Assembly (NCBI GenBank): GCA_965205425.1
Contig: CBDBGZ010000009.1
Span: 448,001 to 512,000 of the forward strand
Source of the DNA: Nitrosopumilus sp.
GTDB lineage: Archaea > Thermoproteota > Nitrososphaeria > Nitrososphaerales > Nitrosopumilaceae
Direction: 5' to 3'
DNA: 64,000 nucleotides
Made by a program: the position numbers and the translations under genes. This document shows positions 9,668 to 19,349 of this stretch, piece after piece (within the stretch, counting starts at the first letter, position 1; each line of letters starts with the position of its first letter). Under the pieces are notes generated by a model. It was given only the letters and a program-made list of their open reading frames with translations, did no database searches and was not told the DNA's origin.

Positions 9668-9837
9668 ATTTGATGGAGTGACATACTTCCATCAAGCTTT
9701 TTCTATCTGAATAGATTGATTGAATAATTGATAGTTTTTGATCTAAATTGAGTTACTTTCCCATCTACTGAATTATAGTCAAATCTTTCCATCAATTGAT
9801 ATAGAATATGGGACAAGATAAAGGCTCAGTTGTGGTA

Positions 9838-9911
9838 TGGGCCCGAAGGGCTTCGATCCCTTGGCTCACCGGTTATGAGCCGGTTACTCTACCAAGCTGA
9901 GTTACGGGCCC
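9838..9911 (-). tRNA. tRNA with CAU anticodon, probably tRNA-Ile2 (agmatidine type) rather than Met
   Basis: GGGCCCG acceptor; anticodon arm ACCGG-CTCATAA-CCGGT; T arm AAGGG-ATCGAAG-CCCTT; no initiator A1-U72 pair. Confidence 0.9.
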
Positions 9912-9952
9912 TAAGCAAAGGAATTTTTTCTCAGGTATAAAATGTTATGAGA

Positions 9953-10585
9953 TTAACAATATTCTTCATAACAACTATCAAGTAACAAATTTTGTGCTGA
10001 AATTGATTTGTCTGCAATTTCAATCAATTTGCCAGAATCAATAGAGGATTTCTCTAGAATATTTCTCCATGATGCTGCATGTCTAATATCAGCTTCAGTA
10101 TGAAGTTCGAAGTATTCTGTAGCTTCATTACTTGTCATTCCATAAAATTCTGCCAATCCATCAAGTTTGGTTTGACTAATTTTAGGAATTTCTTTTTCAA
10201 ATGCATACATGGCACAAGCACCGCCATCAAATGTGTCCATTAATTGATTCAGGTCAGATACTGCTTTTTGGGTTTTAGTTGTTCCTGAATACGAAATTAA
10301 TTCATCCTTAGATATTCCAAGTTCGCCTGCAAAAGCAATCCATGATTTAATATGATCAGATTCTTCTTGTTGGTTTTCAACTAGTTCGCCAATTATAGTA
10401 TCTGATGCTTTTTCAATTATCGGAGTCATAAATGCAGGAACTGCTTTGACAAGTTGAAAATATTCTTTAGAATAACCTGCAAGAGATTCCTGCGTTAATT
10501 TTCCATCAGACCACATTTGGTAGAATGGGTGTTTTAGTAAACTTCTTTCTTCAATCATTTCATCAATTTTTTGTATTATGTTCAT
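9953..10585 (-). CDS. CADD/PqqC/TenA-like heme-oxygenase-fold di-metal protein
   Basis: LLKHPFYQMWSDG, EESDHIKSW, YAFE and LHTEADIRHA metal-ligand pattern. Confidence 0.8.
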   Translation of the reverse strand: MNIIQKIDEMIEERSLLKHPFYQMWSDGKLTQESLAGYSKEYFQLVKAVPAFMTPIIEKASDTIIGELVENQQEESDHIKSWIAFAGELGISKDELISYSGTTKTQKAVSDLNQLMDTFDGGACAMYAFEKEIPKISQTKLDGLAEFYGMTSNEATEYFELHTEADIRHAASWRNILEKSSIDSGKLIEIADKSISAQNLLLDSCYEEYC

Positions 10586-10665
10586 AGTTCATCTCCAATA
10601 TTGCCAATAAAAAAATCTTTGTGGGTTACAAAAGATTTTATGATGATAATGCAGAATTTTTATGG

Positions 10666-10744
10666 GTTCCAGTGGTGTAGACCGGTCAAGCATTTTGCCC
10701 TTTCAAGGCAAAGATCCCGGGTTCAAATCCCGGCTGGAGCACCA
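10666..10744 (+). tRNA. tRNA-Glu(TTC) with encoded CCA
   Basis: GTTCCAG/CTGGAGC acceptor; TTGCC-CTTTCAA-GGCAA anticodon arm; GGTTCAAATCC T-loop. Confidence 0.95.
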
Positions 10745-10771
10745 AGATTTATTTACTTATGGTAAAGTTTT

Positions 10772-11638
10772 TTGAACAGGCTCATCTTGGACAGGAAAAA
10801 TATCGAGATAAATCCTCTACTTGAAACCTATGGTAAATACATTGAACGTATTGATCAAGCTTTAGAAAATGAACTAAGTATCTATTCAGAATCAGAGTTC
10901 ATTGAACCTCTAAAATATTCTCTAGAGGGAGGAAAACGAATTAGGCCTATAATTTTGAATCTAGCAGCAGAGAGTGTAGGTAAAATTGATGAAAATGTAC
11001 TTTCAGCTTCATGTGCAGTTGAATTTCTCCACATGGAATCAATAATTCATGATGATATTATTGATAATGAAACAATGAGAAGACAAAAGGAACCATTCCA
11101 CATCAAATATGGATACAATACAAGTGTACTAACTGGAGATTTTGTTTTAGGATTAATTCTTGCAATATCATCTAGACTAGATAATGCTAGAATTACAAAA
11201 GATTTGGCTACTACTGCCATGCTAATGAGTGAAGGAGAAATGATTGAAGGTAGATTAGAAACAGGTGAGGATGTAACATTTGATGATTATCTAAAAGTAA
11301 TTGAATACAAAACAGCAGTAGCATTTCAAGTTGCAGCAAGAATAGGTGCAATTATTGCAAATGGAACTGAAGAACAAATTGAAGCTTTAACTGAATATGG
11401 AAAAAATCTTGGAATCGCATATCAAATTAGAGATGATTTACTTGATTGGAAAAATGAAGACAAACTGTTTAATTTGTTAATCAAGAAAAGTTCGGATCCA
11501 AGAGATGTCTTTAACAAAATGGAAGAAATGTTAAAAGAATACTCAGAAAAAGCAAGAATAGGATTGAGAAAAATTCCAGATAGTGATGCAAAAATAAATT
11601 TAGATAATTTAATTAAATTTACTTCGTTTAAGGCATAA
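10772..11638 (+). CDS. polyprenyl (geranylgeranyl) diphosphate synthase
   Basis: GGKRIRP, HDDIID and QIRDDLLD aspartate-rich motifs. Confidence 0.92.
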   Translation: MNRLILDRKNIEINPLLETYGKYIERIDQALENELSIYSESEFIEPLKYSLEGGKRIRPIILNLAAESVGKIDENVLSASCAVEFLHMESIIHDDIIDNETMRRQKEPFHIKYGYNTSVLTGDFVLGLILAISSRLDNARITKDLATTAMLMSEGEMIEGRLETGEDVTFDDYLKVIEYKTAVAFQVAARIGAIIANGTEEQIEALTEYGKNLGIAYQIRDDLLDWKNEDKLFNLLIKKSSDPRDVFNKMEEMLKEYSEKARIGLRKIPDSDAKINLDNLIKFTSFKA

Positions 11639-13112
11639 GACCTAAACTAATTACGGGAGTTGCAAACTCTACAAATTTGAGTAATGGTTCTGGATATACA
11701 CCGAATCCTACTAAGAATATAGTTGAGAAGATCATTACAGCGATAATAGATTTTGGTTCTACAACTCTCTTTTCTGTTTCTCCTTCAAAGTACATCTTTC
11801 GTGTAATCCAACCATAGTAAGCAAGTGATAAAGCACTGTTAAGAACACCAGCAATTGCAAGCCATGGTGCCCACCATAAAGCAGAACTAGCATCCAAAGC
11901 ACTTCCAAATAACATCAATTTACTCCAAAATCCTGAAAGTGGGGGAACTCCTGCGAGTGCAAATAGAGCAATAATCATACCTAAAGCAGTTATTGGCATT
12001 CTTCTTCCAAGTCCTTTTAGTTTGTCAATGTGAGTAACTCCAAGTGTTGTAACGATACCTGCAATTGCAATAAAGGCAGCACCTTTCATTACTGCATGAT
12101 TCATAATTTGATACAAAGAACCTTGTAATCCAAGAGAACTATGTGGAGATACTGCAAGTCCAATCAAAATGTATCCGGCATGAGCGATACTAGAATATGC
12201 CAACATTCTTGAAATGCTCTTTTGCATAATTGCTGCAACATTTCCTATTGTCATAGTCATTACTGCAATAATACCAAGAGCTAAAGTCCAATCAAGATTT
12301 AGAACCACCATACCAAGAACTACAATTCTAATTGTTGCAGCAAATCCTGCTTTCTTTGTTGCAGCAGCTAATAGTGCAGTGATAGGAGATGGAGCGCCTT
12401 CATATGTATCTGGTAGCCACTGATGGAATGGAATAAGTCCCATTTTAAATCCAAATCCTGCAATAAACATTCCAACTGAAAGTAATGCAAGAGGCAACAT
12501 GGAAGGATCAAGTGTAGAATATCCTTGAATTACTTCTCCAATATTTGTAGAACCAGTTAATCCATAAGAAATTGAAATTCCGTAAACTATGATTGCAGAA
12601 GATAACGCACCAAAGAGGAAATATTTTAGAGCAGCTTCGTTTGAGCTTGGATTCTTTTTCATGTAACCAACCAAAATGTATGTTGGAATACTCATGAGTT
12701 CCCATGCAACAAATAACATTATCAAATCTGTAGAATATGCAACTAGAACCATACCAATTGTTGCAAGTAAAATTAGTGAATAGTAAACTGCAGGAGAATT
12801 GTGTTTTCGCATATAGTTGAAAGAGCCAACAGTTGTGAAAACAGCAACAATCAACATTGCAATTGCGAAGAAGCCTCCAAATGCATCATCTACAATTACA
12901 TCTTCAGAAAATAGAGCAGATGAAACAACATTCTCATTGATGAATTGGTATCCAACATATCCCATAGATACAATTAATGCAGCAAATGCAATGACGGCAT
13001 AAAATGAGTTTGAGCCTTGTTCTTTTCTTACAATGCTAATAATTGGAAGAAGAATACCAACGGTACCTAAGATTGCAATTATTATCAAGGGAGTGGAAGT
13101 AATTTCGATCAT
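11628..13112 (-). CDS. nuoN: NADH-quinone oxidoreductase subunit N
   Basis: EAALKYF, FKMGLIPFHQWLPDTYEGAP, RMLAYSSIAHAGY. Confidence 0.95.
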   Translation of the reverse strand: MIEITSTPLIIIAILGTVGILLPIISIVRKEQGSNSFYAVIAFAALIVSMGYVGYQFINENVVSSALFSEDVIVDDAFGGFFAIAMLIVAVFTTVGSFNYMRKHNSPAVYYSLILLATIGMVLVAYSTDLIMLFVAWELMSIPTYILVGYMKKNPSSNEAALKYFLFGALSSAIIVYGISISYGLTGSTNIGEVIQGYSTLDPSMLPLALLSVGMFIAGFGFKMGLIPFHQWLPDTYEGAPSPITALLAAATKKAGFAATIRIVVLGMVVLNLDWTLALGIIAVMTMTIGNVAAIMQKSISRMLAYSSIAHAGYILIGLAVSPHSSLGLQGSLYQIMNHAVMKGAAFIAIAGIVTTLGVTHIDKLKGLGRRMPITALGMIIALFALAGVPPLSGFWSKLMLFGSALDASSALWWAPWLAIAGVLNSALSLAYYGWITRKMYFEGETEKRVVEPKSIIAVMIFSTIFLVGFGVYPEPLLKFVEFATPVISLGLMP

Positions 13113-13124
13113 TTCATAATTCTC

Positions 13125-15203
13125 CTATATCAACAATATCAGAACTACGAATAGTAGTCCTGCTCCAAATACGAATAGATATGATTGTGAAACACCAGTT
13201 TGAGTTCCTTGAACAACTTTGGCACTCCATCCAACTGCTTTTTGGACTCCAGCATTCATACCGTAATCGATAGCTGTCTTTTCAAAGTATCGGAATACAC
13301 CTCTTGCTAACCATAATGGTGCTACAACAAAGCACCAGTAGATTATTGCATTGAGATACCATCTGTTTAAGATAACTTTGTGAATTGAATAAAATACAAT
13401 GTTTGAATTTACAAATTTGACTGGATCAACCCATCTTCCAATATAGAAGATATAACCAAGACCAATACCAGTAGCAAATGCCACTAATGATGAACCAAGT
13501 GCAACTGGATTAAGTCCTTGCAAGAATCCTGGTAATATTGATGCTTCATCTGTTGCATGTTCAGAGTGAATACCAAATGAGTGTTCAAGATAATCATTAA
13601 ACACATGATGTAGTCCTTCTTCTGCAGATAATCCAATAAGACCAATACCAATTGTAAGAACTGCAAGAATTCCATATGGAACCCACATGGATAATGATGC
13701 TTCATGAATATGATGTCCTTCTTCTTCCATCTTTTCGATATGTTTACTCTTCTTTCCAAAGAAGACCATTCCAATCATTCTGGTTGTATAAAATGCCGTG
13801 ATAACTGCAGTTAGTACAGCGATAATGTATAGTGGCATTGTCCATTCATTTCCAGATTCATAGACTGCAGCAAAGATTGCATCCTTACTCCAAAAACCTG
13901 TTGTGATAAATGGAGCACCCATCAAGCCAAGACCTGCAGCCCACATGAATGCATAAGTTTTCTTCATTTGTTTTCTCAAACCTCCCATATCTGTCATGAA
14001 TCTAGAGCCAACAATATGCAATAGAGAACCTGCTGCCATGAACAGTGATGCTTTGAACATTGCGTGAGAAATTAAATGGAAAAATCCTGCAGTATAACCA
14101 TCAACGTATTGATGAGATAATCCTGCAACACCTAATGCCATCATCATGTAACCAATTTGAGAACCAGTAGAATATGCAAGAACTTTCTTAATTTCAGGAT
14201 TAACCATACCTTGTGTTGCAAGTAATAATGCGGTAATTGCACCAACCCAAGCAATAATTTCAAAGAATTGGTCGGCCATTATTCCGGCAGCACCTAATGC
14301 AAATACAAGGGGACCAATTCTTGCAACCAAGAATACCCCTGCTTTGACCATTGTTGCTGCGTGAATCAAAGCAGATACTGCAGTAGGGCCAGTCATTGCT
14401 TCTAAGAGCCATTCGTTAAGCGGGAATTGAGCTGACTTTCCTATAGCTCCTCCAAATAGTAAAACAAATGCAGGAACTAATAGTCCCTCAGCTTGCATTG
14501 CAATCGCCCAATCAGTAGAACCCATTAATTCTTTAAATCCAAATGTACCTGCAAACAAGAATATCAAAAGCATACCTGCAATCATCATTACATCACCAAC
14601 TTTGGTCATGATGAATGCCTTCATACCGGCGTGTGTTGGTGCATAGTAATCTAACATACCAAGAACAGTTCTACCTTCTACACCAACATGATCTTTCTTT
14701 TTATCACGATACCAAAAGCTGATCAAAGCATAAGACGCAAGTCCCACACCTTCCCATCCAAAGAATACTTGTAACAAGTTATCAGATAATACGATTAATT
14801 GCATAGAACCAATAAAGAACATCATCCAAAACCAGAATCTTGTAATGTCTTTGTCACCTTTCATGTAACCAGTACTGTAAATCATAATCAAGAATGAAAT
14901 CCAGCCAACTACATTTGCCATTATAATTGAAAGAGGATCTGCTAATACACCGCCTTTAAGACCAAGTGCTTCTATCCACATAATTTGATGATGCATTTCG
15001 TGTGCTTCTAGAGCCACAGGAATCATTGTTGCTGCAGATAATGCACTCATTAAAGCAAAAGCGACTGCGACATATCCGGTTGCATGTTTTGATAATTTCC
15101 CTACGCCAGGAATAATCATTGCTGCTGCAAATGGTAAAATCCAAACTAACCATGCACTAAGAGTTCCAACTTCAAATGGTAATCCAAAAGCTTCTGTTGC
15201 CAT
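13125..15203 (-). CDS. nuoL: NADH-quinone oxidoreductase subunit L
   Basis: GWEGVG, GKSAQFPL, AMTGPTAVSALIHAATMV, FWSKDAI. Confidence 0.95.
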   Translation of the reverse strand: MATEAFGLPFEVGTLSAWLVWILPFAAAMIIPGVGKLSKHATGYVAVAFALMSALSAATMIPVALEAHEMHHQIMWIEALGLKGGVLADPLSIIMANVVGWISFLIMIYSTGYMKGDKDITRFWFWMMFFIGSMQLIVLSDNLLQVFFGWEGVGLASYALISFWYRDKKKDHVGVEGRTVLGMLDYYAPTHAGMKAFIMTKVGDVMMIAGMLLIFLFAGTFGFKELMGSTDWAIAMQAEGLLVPAFVLLFGGAIGKSAQFPLNEWLLEAMTGPTAVSALIHAATMVKAGVFLVARIGPLVFALGAAGIMADQFFEIIAWVGAITALLLATQGMVNPEIKKVLAYSTGSQIGYMMMALGVAGLSHQYVDGYTAGFFHLISHAMFKASLFMAAGSLLHIVGSRFMTDMGGLRKQMKKTYAFMWAAGLGLMGAPFITTGFWSKDAIFAAVYESGNEWTMPLYIIAVLTAVITAFYTTRMIGMVFFGKKSKHIEKMEEEGHHIHEASLSMWVPYGILAVLTIGIGLIGLSAEEGLHHVFNDYLEHSFGIHSEHATDEASILPGFLQGLNPVALGSSLVAFATGIGLGYIFYIGRWVDPVKFVNSNIVFYSIHKVILNRWYLNAIIYWCFVVAPLWLARGVFRYFEKTAIDYGMNAGVQKAVGWSAKVVQGTQTGVSQSYLFVFGAGLLFVVLILLI

Positions 15204-15206
15204 AAT

Positions 15207-16760
15207 CTAAACTCCCAATACCCCACTCATGTACGGAATGATTGTCTTCAAGAAAATATCTGGATAAATACCAACTACAATTGAGAATCCTGCCAATACC
15301 ATCATTGGTGCTGTCATGTACCAACTTCCTTCCTTCACTTTTTCAAGATGTTCAGGGGTTTTTCCAAAGAATACACGTTTTAGCATCCAAAGCATGTAAG
15401 ACATTGTAAGTGCAGTTGCAACAAGACCTAAACCAAATGTTACAGCCCTTAGCGTTGAACCTTCTTCAATTGCAGTCTCTAAAGCACCAAAGAAGAGAGG
15501 CCATTCACCCATGAAACCACCAGTTGGTGGAACTCCCATGATTGTTAATGCACCAATTACTGCACATACTGCAGTTATTGGCATCTTTCCTGCCAATCCA
15601 CCTAGTTTTGAAATACTTCTAGTACCTACTTTAACGATAATAATTCCTGCCATCATGAAGAGAATACCTTTTCCAATTGCGTGTGTTACATACATCATCT
15701 CTGCACCAGCAAGACCAAGTACGGAAATTGAACCAATACCAAATAGAATGTAACCCATTTGACTGATACTAGAATAAGCAAGTAATCGTTTTAGATCATC
15801 TTGCATCAATGCCATGGCACCACCATAAATCATCGTAACAAGACCCCAGATGTGTAGCCAGATTGAAAGTTCTGCAAATGTTAATGGTAAAAATTCTACA
15901 ATTAATCTGAAAACACCATAAGCTCCAATTCCGATCATTGTTGGAGATAATAGTGCACTGATTGGTGTTGGTGCTGAACCGTGGACATATGGAAGCCAAA
16001 CGTGGAACATAAAGACTGCCAATTTAACTCCGAGTCCTATTGTAATTGCAACTGCAGAATACATTGCAATATCTGCAGGAATTTCAGATTCTCGGATATC
16101 TGCAAAGTCAAAACTACCAAGTGTTAGACCAATCATCAAAAAGCCCAATAGTAAAACTACTGCACCTGCATGAGTCCAAAACAAGAACATTAAACCAATC
16201 TTTCTTCTAGGACCATCACCCCAAAGTGCTACCAAAAAGAAACCTGGAATTAACATGACTTCGAAGAAAATGTAAAACTCAATTAGATTAGTTGAAAGAA
16301 CTGTTCCAAGCATACCCATTGCAAAGACAAGGAATAGTGCAAAGTAAAGTCCGGATTTTGCATTTACATAATTTGTAAGAGAAGATGATTCGATTACAGA
16401 AGACTGACCACCACTGGATGTATTGATTTTTTGCTCTTCTTCAAATTGCTCATGGAATTTATGAATCATGTATGGTTTTGAGTAAATTGCCAAGATTGTA
16501 GATAAGACATAAATCATTATTGCAAATGGTGATGCCAATCCATCTAACAAGAAACCAAATTCGCCAAACTGTTCAGTCCATGGATAATGTTCCTCTACGG
16601 TTCCAGATAGTGCTGCATTGATTACAAGTATGGTGGTATACAATAGAATTGCAAATGTAAACCACATTGCAGGAGTTGGTCCTACTTTTCTTCCAATAAT
16701 GTAAGCTACTGGTGATAAAAGTAAGGGCAAGAAAACTGCCTGTAATAATGCATATTCCAT
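15207..16760 (-). CDS. nuoM: NADH-quinone oxidoreductase subunit M
   Basis: FYIFFEVMLIP, HVWLPYVHGSAPTPIS, DLKRLLAYSSISQMG. Confidence 0.95.
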   Translation of the reverse strand: MEYALLQAVFLPLLLSPVAYIIGRKVGPTPAMWFTFAILLYTTILVINAALSGTVEEHYPWTEQFGEFGFLLDGLASPFAIMIYVLSTILAIYSKPYMIHKFHEQFEEEQKINTSSGGQSSVIESSSLTNYVNAKSGLYFALFLVFAMGMLGTVLSTNLIEFYIFFEVMLIPGFFLVALWGDGPRRKIGLMFLFWTHAGAVVLLLGFLMIGLTLGSFDFADIRESEIPADIAMYSAVAITIGLGVKLAVFMFHVWLPYVHGSAPTPISALLSPTMIGIGAYGVFRLIVEFLPLTFAELSIWLHIWGLVTMIYGGAMALMQDDLKRLLAYSSISQMGYILFGIGSISVLGLAGAEMMYVTHAIGKGILFMMAGIIIVKVGTRSISKLGGLAGKMPITAVCAVIGALTIMGVPPTGGFMGEWPLFFGALETAIEEGSTLRAVTFGLGLVATALTMSYMLWMLKRVFFGKTPEHLEKVKEGSWYMTAPMMVLAGFSIVVGIYPDIFLKTIIPYMSGVLGV

Positions 16761-17065
16761 TATCCCTTCAAGCTCCTGAAGTCTGCAATATCGACATTTT
16801 GATACATACGGTATGCTACAATGATTAATGATAGTCCAACTGCAACCTCTGCTGCTGCAATTGCAATTGAGAATAATGCCATACTTTGACCACCACTGTG
16901 GGGTAAGAATCTACCAAAGGCAACGATGTTCAAGTTTGCTGCATTAATAATAATTTCAACTGCAAATAACATTCTGATAAAATTACGTTTAACTGCAAGA
17001 CCATAGATTCCTATGCCGAGTAAGGCAACAGATACTAAAGTAAAATCAATTAGCTCGCTGGTCAT
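16760..17065 (-). CDS. nuoK: NADH-quinone oxidoreductase subunit K
   Basis: VEIIINAANLN, IAAAEVAVGL; start placed at MTSEL. Confidence 0.95.
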   Translation of the reverse strand: MTSELIDFTLVSVALLGIGIYGLAVKRNFIRMLFAVEIIINAANLNIVAFGRFLPHSGGQSMALFSIAIAAAEVAVGLSLIIVAYRMYQNVDIADFRSLKG

Positions 17066-17558
17066 TCTCCACATCCTCACGTTTAGCTAAAACTAGTGCT
17101 CCAGTAACAGATCCTGCCAACAATAATCCCATCAGAATTAATGCAGGCCAATAATAGGTTACAAAGTCAACACCTATGTCTTTAAAGTCAGTAGCAGATT
17201 CATCAGTAGTTATTGTTTTGATACCAGAATCTAAGAATACTGCACCTAATGACATCATAATAACAAGCATCAAACCAATGCCTGCAAATTTTCTTCTCTT
17301 GTCTTCAATTTTTTTGAAGATCAATTCTCTCTTTACCAACATTACAGTAAACAAAATCAATACAGCAATAGAACCAACATAAACTGCTATTTGGAATAAT
17401 GCAACAAATGGTGCATCAAGCAAGAAAAAGAATCCTGCAATTCCACCCAAGGTTCCCATTAAAGCAATAGAACCATAAATCAATGATCTCATTTCAAGTG
17501 CTGCAATAGCAGAACCAATTGTAATTACTGCCAAGGCAAGAAACGCAGCATCAGCCAT
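17046..17558 (-). CDS. nuoJ: NADH-quinone oxidoreductase subunit J
   Basis: FVALFQIAVYVGSIAVLILF; operon position. Confidence 0.93.
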   Translation of the reverse strand: MADAAFLALAVITIGSAIAALEMRSLIYGSIALMGTLGGIAGFFFLLDAPFVALFQIAVYVGSIAVLILFTVMLVKRELIFKKIEDKRRKFAGIGLMLVIMMSLGAVFLDSGIKTITTDESATDFKDIGVDFVTYYWPALILMGLLLAGSVTGALVLAKREDVENDQRAN

Positions 17559-18048
17559 GAGTTGCACCTCTATCAGATATTTGGATTTCACTATCCTGTG
17601 CAACGTATGGTTTTACCTGAAGTTGTGCAGGAGTGTAAATCAAACCTTCTTTTGAAAAGGAAGATAATTCATAATCATTTGTCATGTAAAGTGCATAGAA
17701 TGGACATGCATCAACACAGAGACCACAGAAAACACATTTTCCATAATCAATTTGTGGCATGATTGACTTTTTATTTTGTTTTTGTTCTTCTGGAACTTTT
17801 ACCATTGCTATTGCTTCTGCAACACCTTCACAGGCAATAGAACATAATTGACAACCAGTACAATGATCATGAAATAACATATGACGTCCTTTTAATCCAG
17901 CAATACCAACACCGGTGGATGGATCAAATTGATATCCGTCACCTACAAACTTTAGTTTCTCTTCAGGATAACGAAGTGTAAATCGTTTAGTAGCAATATG
18001 TTTAATTCCTGAATTTAATGCGCGAATAATACCAGTTGCAGTTCCCAT
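17551..18048 (-). CDS. nuoI: NADH-quinone oxidoreductase subunit I
   Basis: Two CxxCxxCxxxC 4Fe-4S motifs; TLRYPEEK. Confidence 0.95.
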   Translation of the reverse strand: MGTATGIIRALNSGIKHIATKRFTLRYPEEKLKFVGDGYQFDPSTGVGIAGLKGRHMLFHDHCTGCQLCSIACEGVAEAIAMVKVPEEQKQNKKSIMPQIDYGKCVFCGLCVDACPFYALYMTNDYELSSFSKEGLIYTPAQLQVKPYVAQDSEIQISDRGATHG

Positions 18049-19349
18049 TATTGTAATCCTCCTGGTCCTAGCACTCCAGCGTAAAGCAAGCCCAGTGCAA
18101 TAAAGATGTTAACGAAAGCTAGTCCAATTAATTTGGTCCATCCAAGATTCAATAACATATCAACTCTAATTCTAGGGAAAACACCTCTTGGCAATAATAT
18201 GAAGAATATTACAGCGACAGTTTTCAATACAAACCAAAGTGTGCCATTAAGCATTTCTTGATCAAATAATGGTAATCCAAGGAACGGTCCTGCAACTATA
18301 GGACCCATTTCAATTCCTTCGGTAAGAAGTTCTGCTGGGAATGGAGGTACAACCATAGGACCATTCCAACCACCAAGGAAAATAACAACAAACAACCCTG
18401 CAAACGCATAAAGTTTGAGATAAGTTCCTAATTGAACAAGTCCATACATCATTCCAGATAATTCAGTTAACCATCCTGCTACGATTTCACTCTCTGCTTC
18501 AGGTAAATCAAATGGAATTCTTTCCAGTTCTGCAAGCATAGTAATGAAAAATACAATTGCGCCAATTGGTAAAAATACAATCCATGGGAAACTTGATTGG
18601 CTTGCTGCAATTTCAGATAAATTAAGAGAGCCAGTTAACATTACAGCGCCCAACAAAGACAAAATTAATGGAATTTCAAATGAAACCATTTGGAATAATG
18701 CTCTGATACCACCAATGAATGGGAATTTGCTGTTTGCAGACCATGCAGAAAGAATTGTGATAATTGGGAAGAAACCAATTACAGCAAAGACACCAAGTAA
18801 TCCCATTTCTACATCTGCAACAACCCAACCAGGAGCTACAGGAATAAACGCGACAAATGCCGCTGCAGTTGCAACAAACAATACTGGAGCCGCCCAGAAA
18901 ATAGGTTTGTCAGCTTTTGCTGGAATAATAATTTCTTTTGAGATTAGTTTTAGACCATCACCCATTAATTGCAAAATACCTTCAAACTTTCCACAGTAGA
19001 AAGGACCAACTCTAAGTTGTAATTTTGCAAGCATCTTTCTTTCAACAAAGATTGTAGCTGCTGCTAGTAATGCTGCAAATCCAAATCCTGGAAATGCCAT
19101 TACTCTAAAAATGTCAGTGGACATGAATGCTTTAACAACAGGAAGAATACGTGTAGGATCTGCCATCCAAGTAAATGCAAGGAACGGTGTCAGTAGTTCT
19201 CCATCGATTACTGGCATTTCAATTGCAAATAGAATCATCATAACTGCTGGAAGTCCAATCAAAACTAGAATCAGAATAATCCAAAATACATTATCAAGTA
19301 ATGATTTGATAAATTCACTTAGTTTGAATTGTGGTGCAATAACTGACAT
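18048..19349 (-). CDS. nuoH: NADH-quinone oxidoreductase subunit H
   Basis: ERKMLAKLQLRVGP, RIPFDLPEAESEIVAG. Confidence 0.95.
   Translation of the reverse strand: MSVIAPQFKLSEFIKSLLDNVFWIILILVLIGLPAVMMILFAIEMPVIDGELLTPFLAFTWMADPTRILPVVKAFMSTDIFRVMAFPGFGFAALLAAATIFVERKMLAKLQLRVGPFYCGKFEGILQLMGDGLKLISKEIIIPAKADKPIFWAAPVLFVATAAAFVAFIPVAPGWVVADVEMGLLGVFAVIGFFPIITILSAWSANSKFPFIGGIRALFQMVSFEIPLILSLLGAVMLTGSLNLSEIAASQSSFPWIVFLPIGAIVFFITMLAELERIPFDLPEAESEIVAGWLTELSGMMYGLVQLGTYLKLYAFAGLFVVIFLGGWNGPMVVPPFPAELLTEGIEMGPIVAGPFLGLPLFDQEMLNGTLWFVLKTVAVIFFILLPRGVFPRIRVDMLLNLGWTKLIGLAFVNIFIALGLLYAGVLGPGGLQ

Larger units (their letters stand above)
6268..9770 (-). mobile_element. ISH3-family IS, copy 2, carrying nested IS630 and IS5 insertions
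   Basis: Same CAGTAGATGGGAAAGTA IRs at 6268 and 9770; body nearly identical to 1494-2812 once the nested elements are removed; flanks TTTTA/AATTA are not a perfect TSD. Confidence 0.88.

Noticed and set aside
10571..10765. 64-aa ORF
   Set aside because: It overlaps tRNA-Glu and is spurious.
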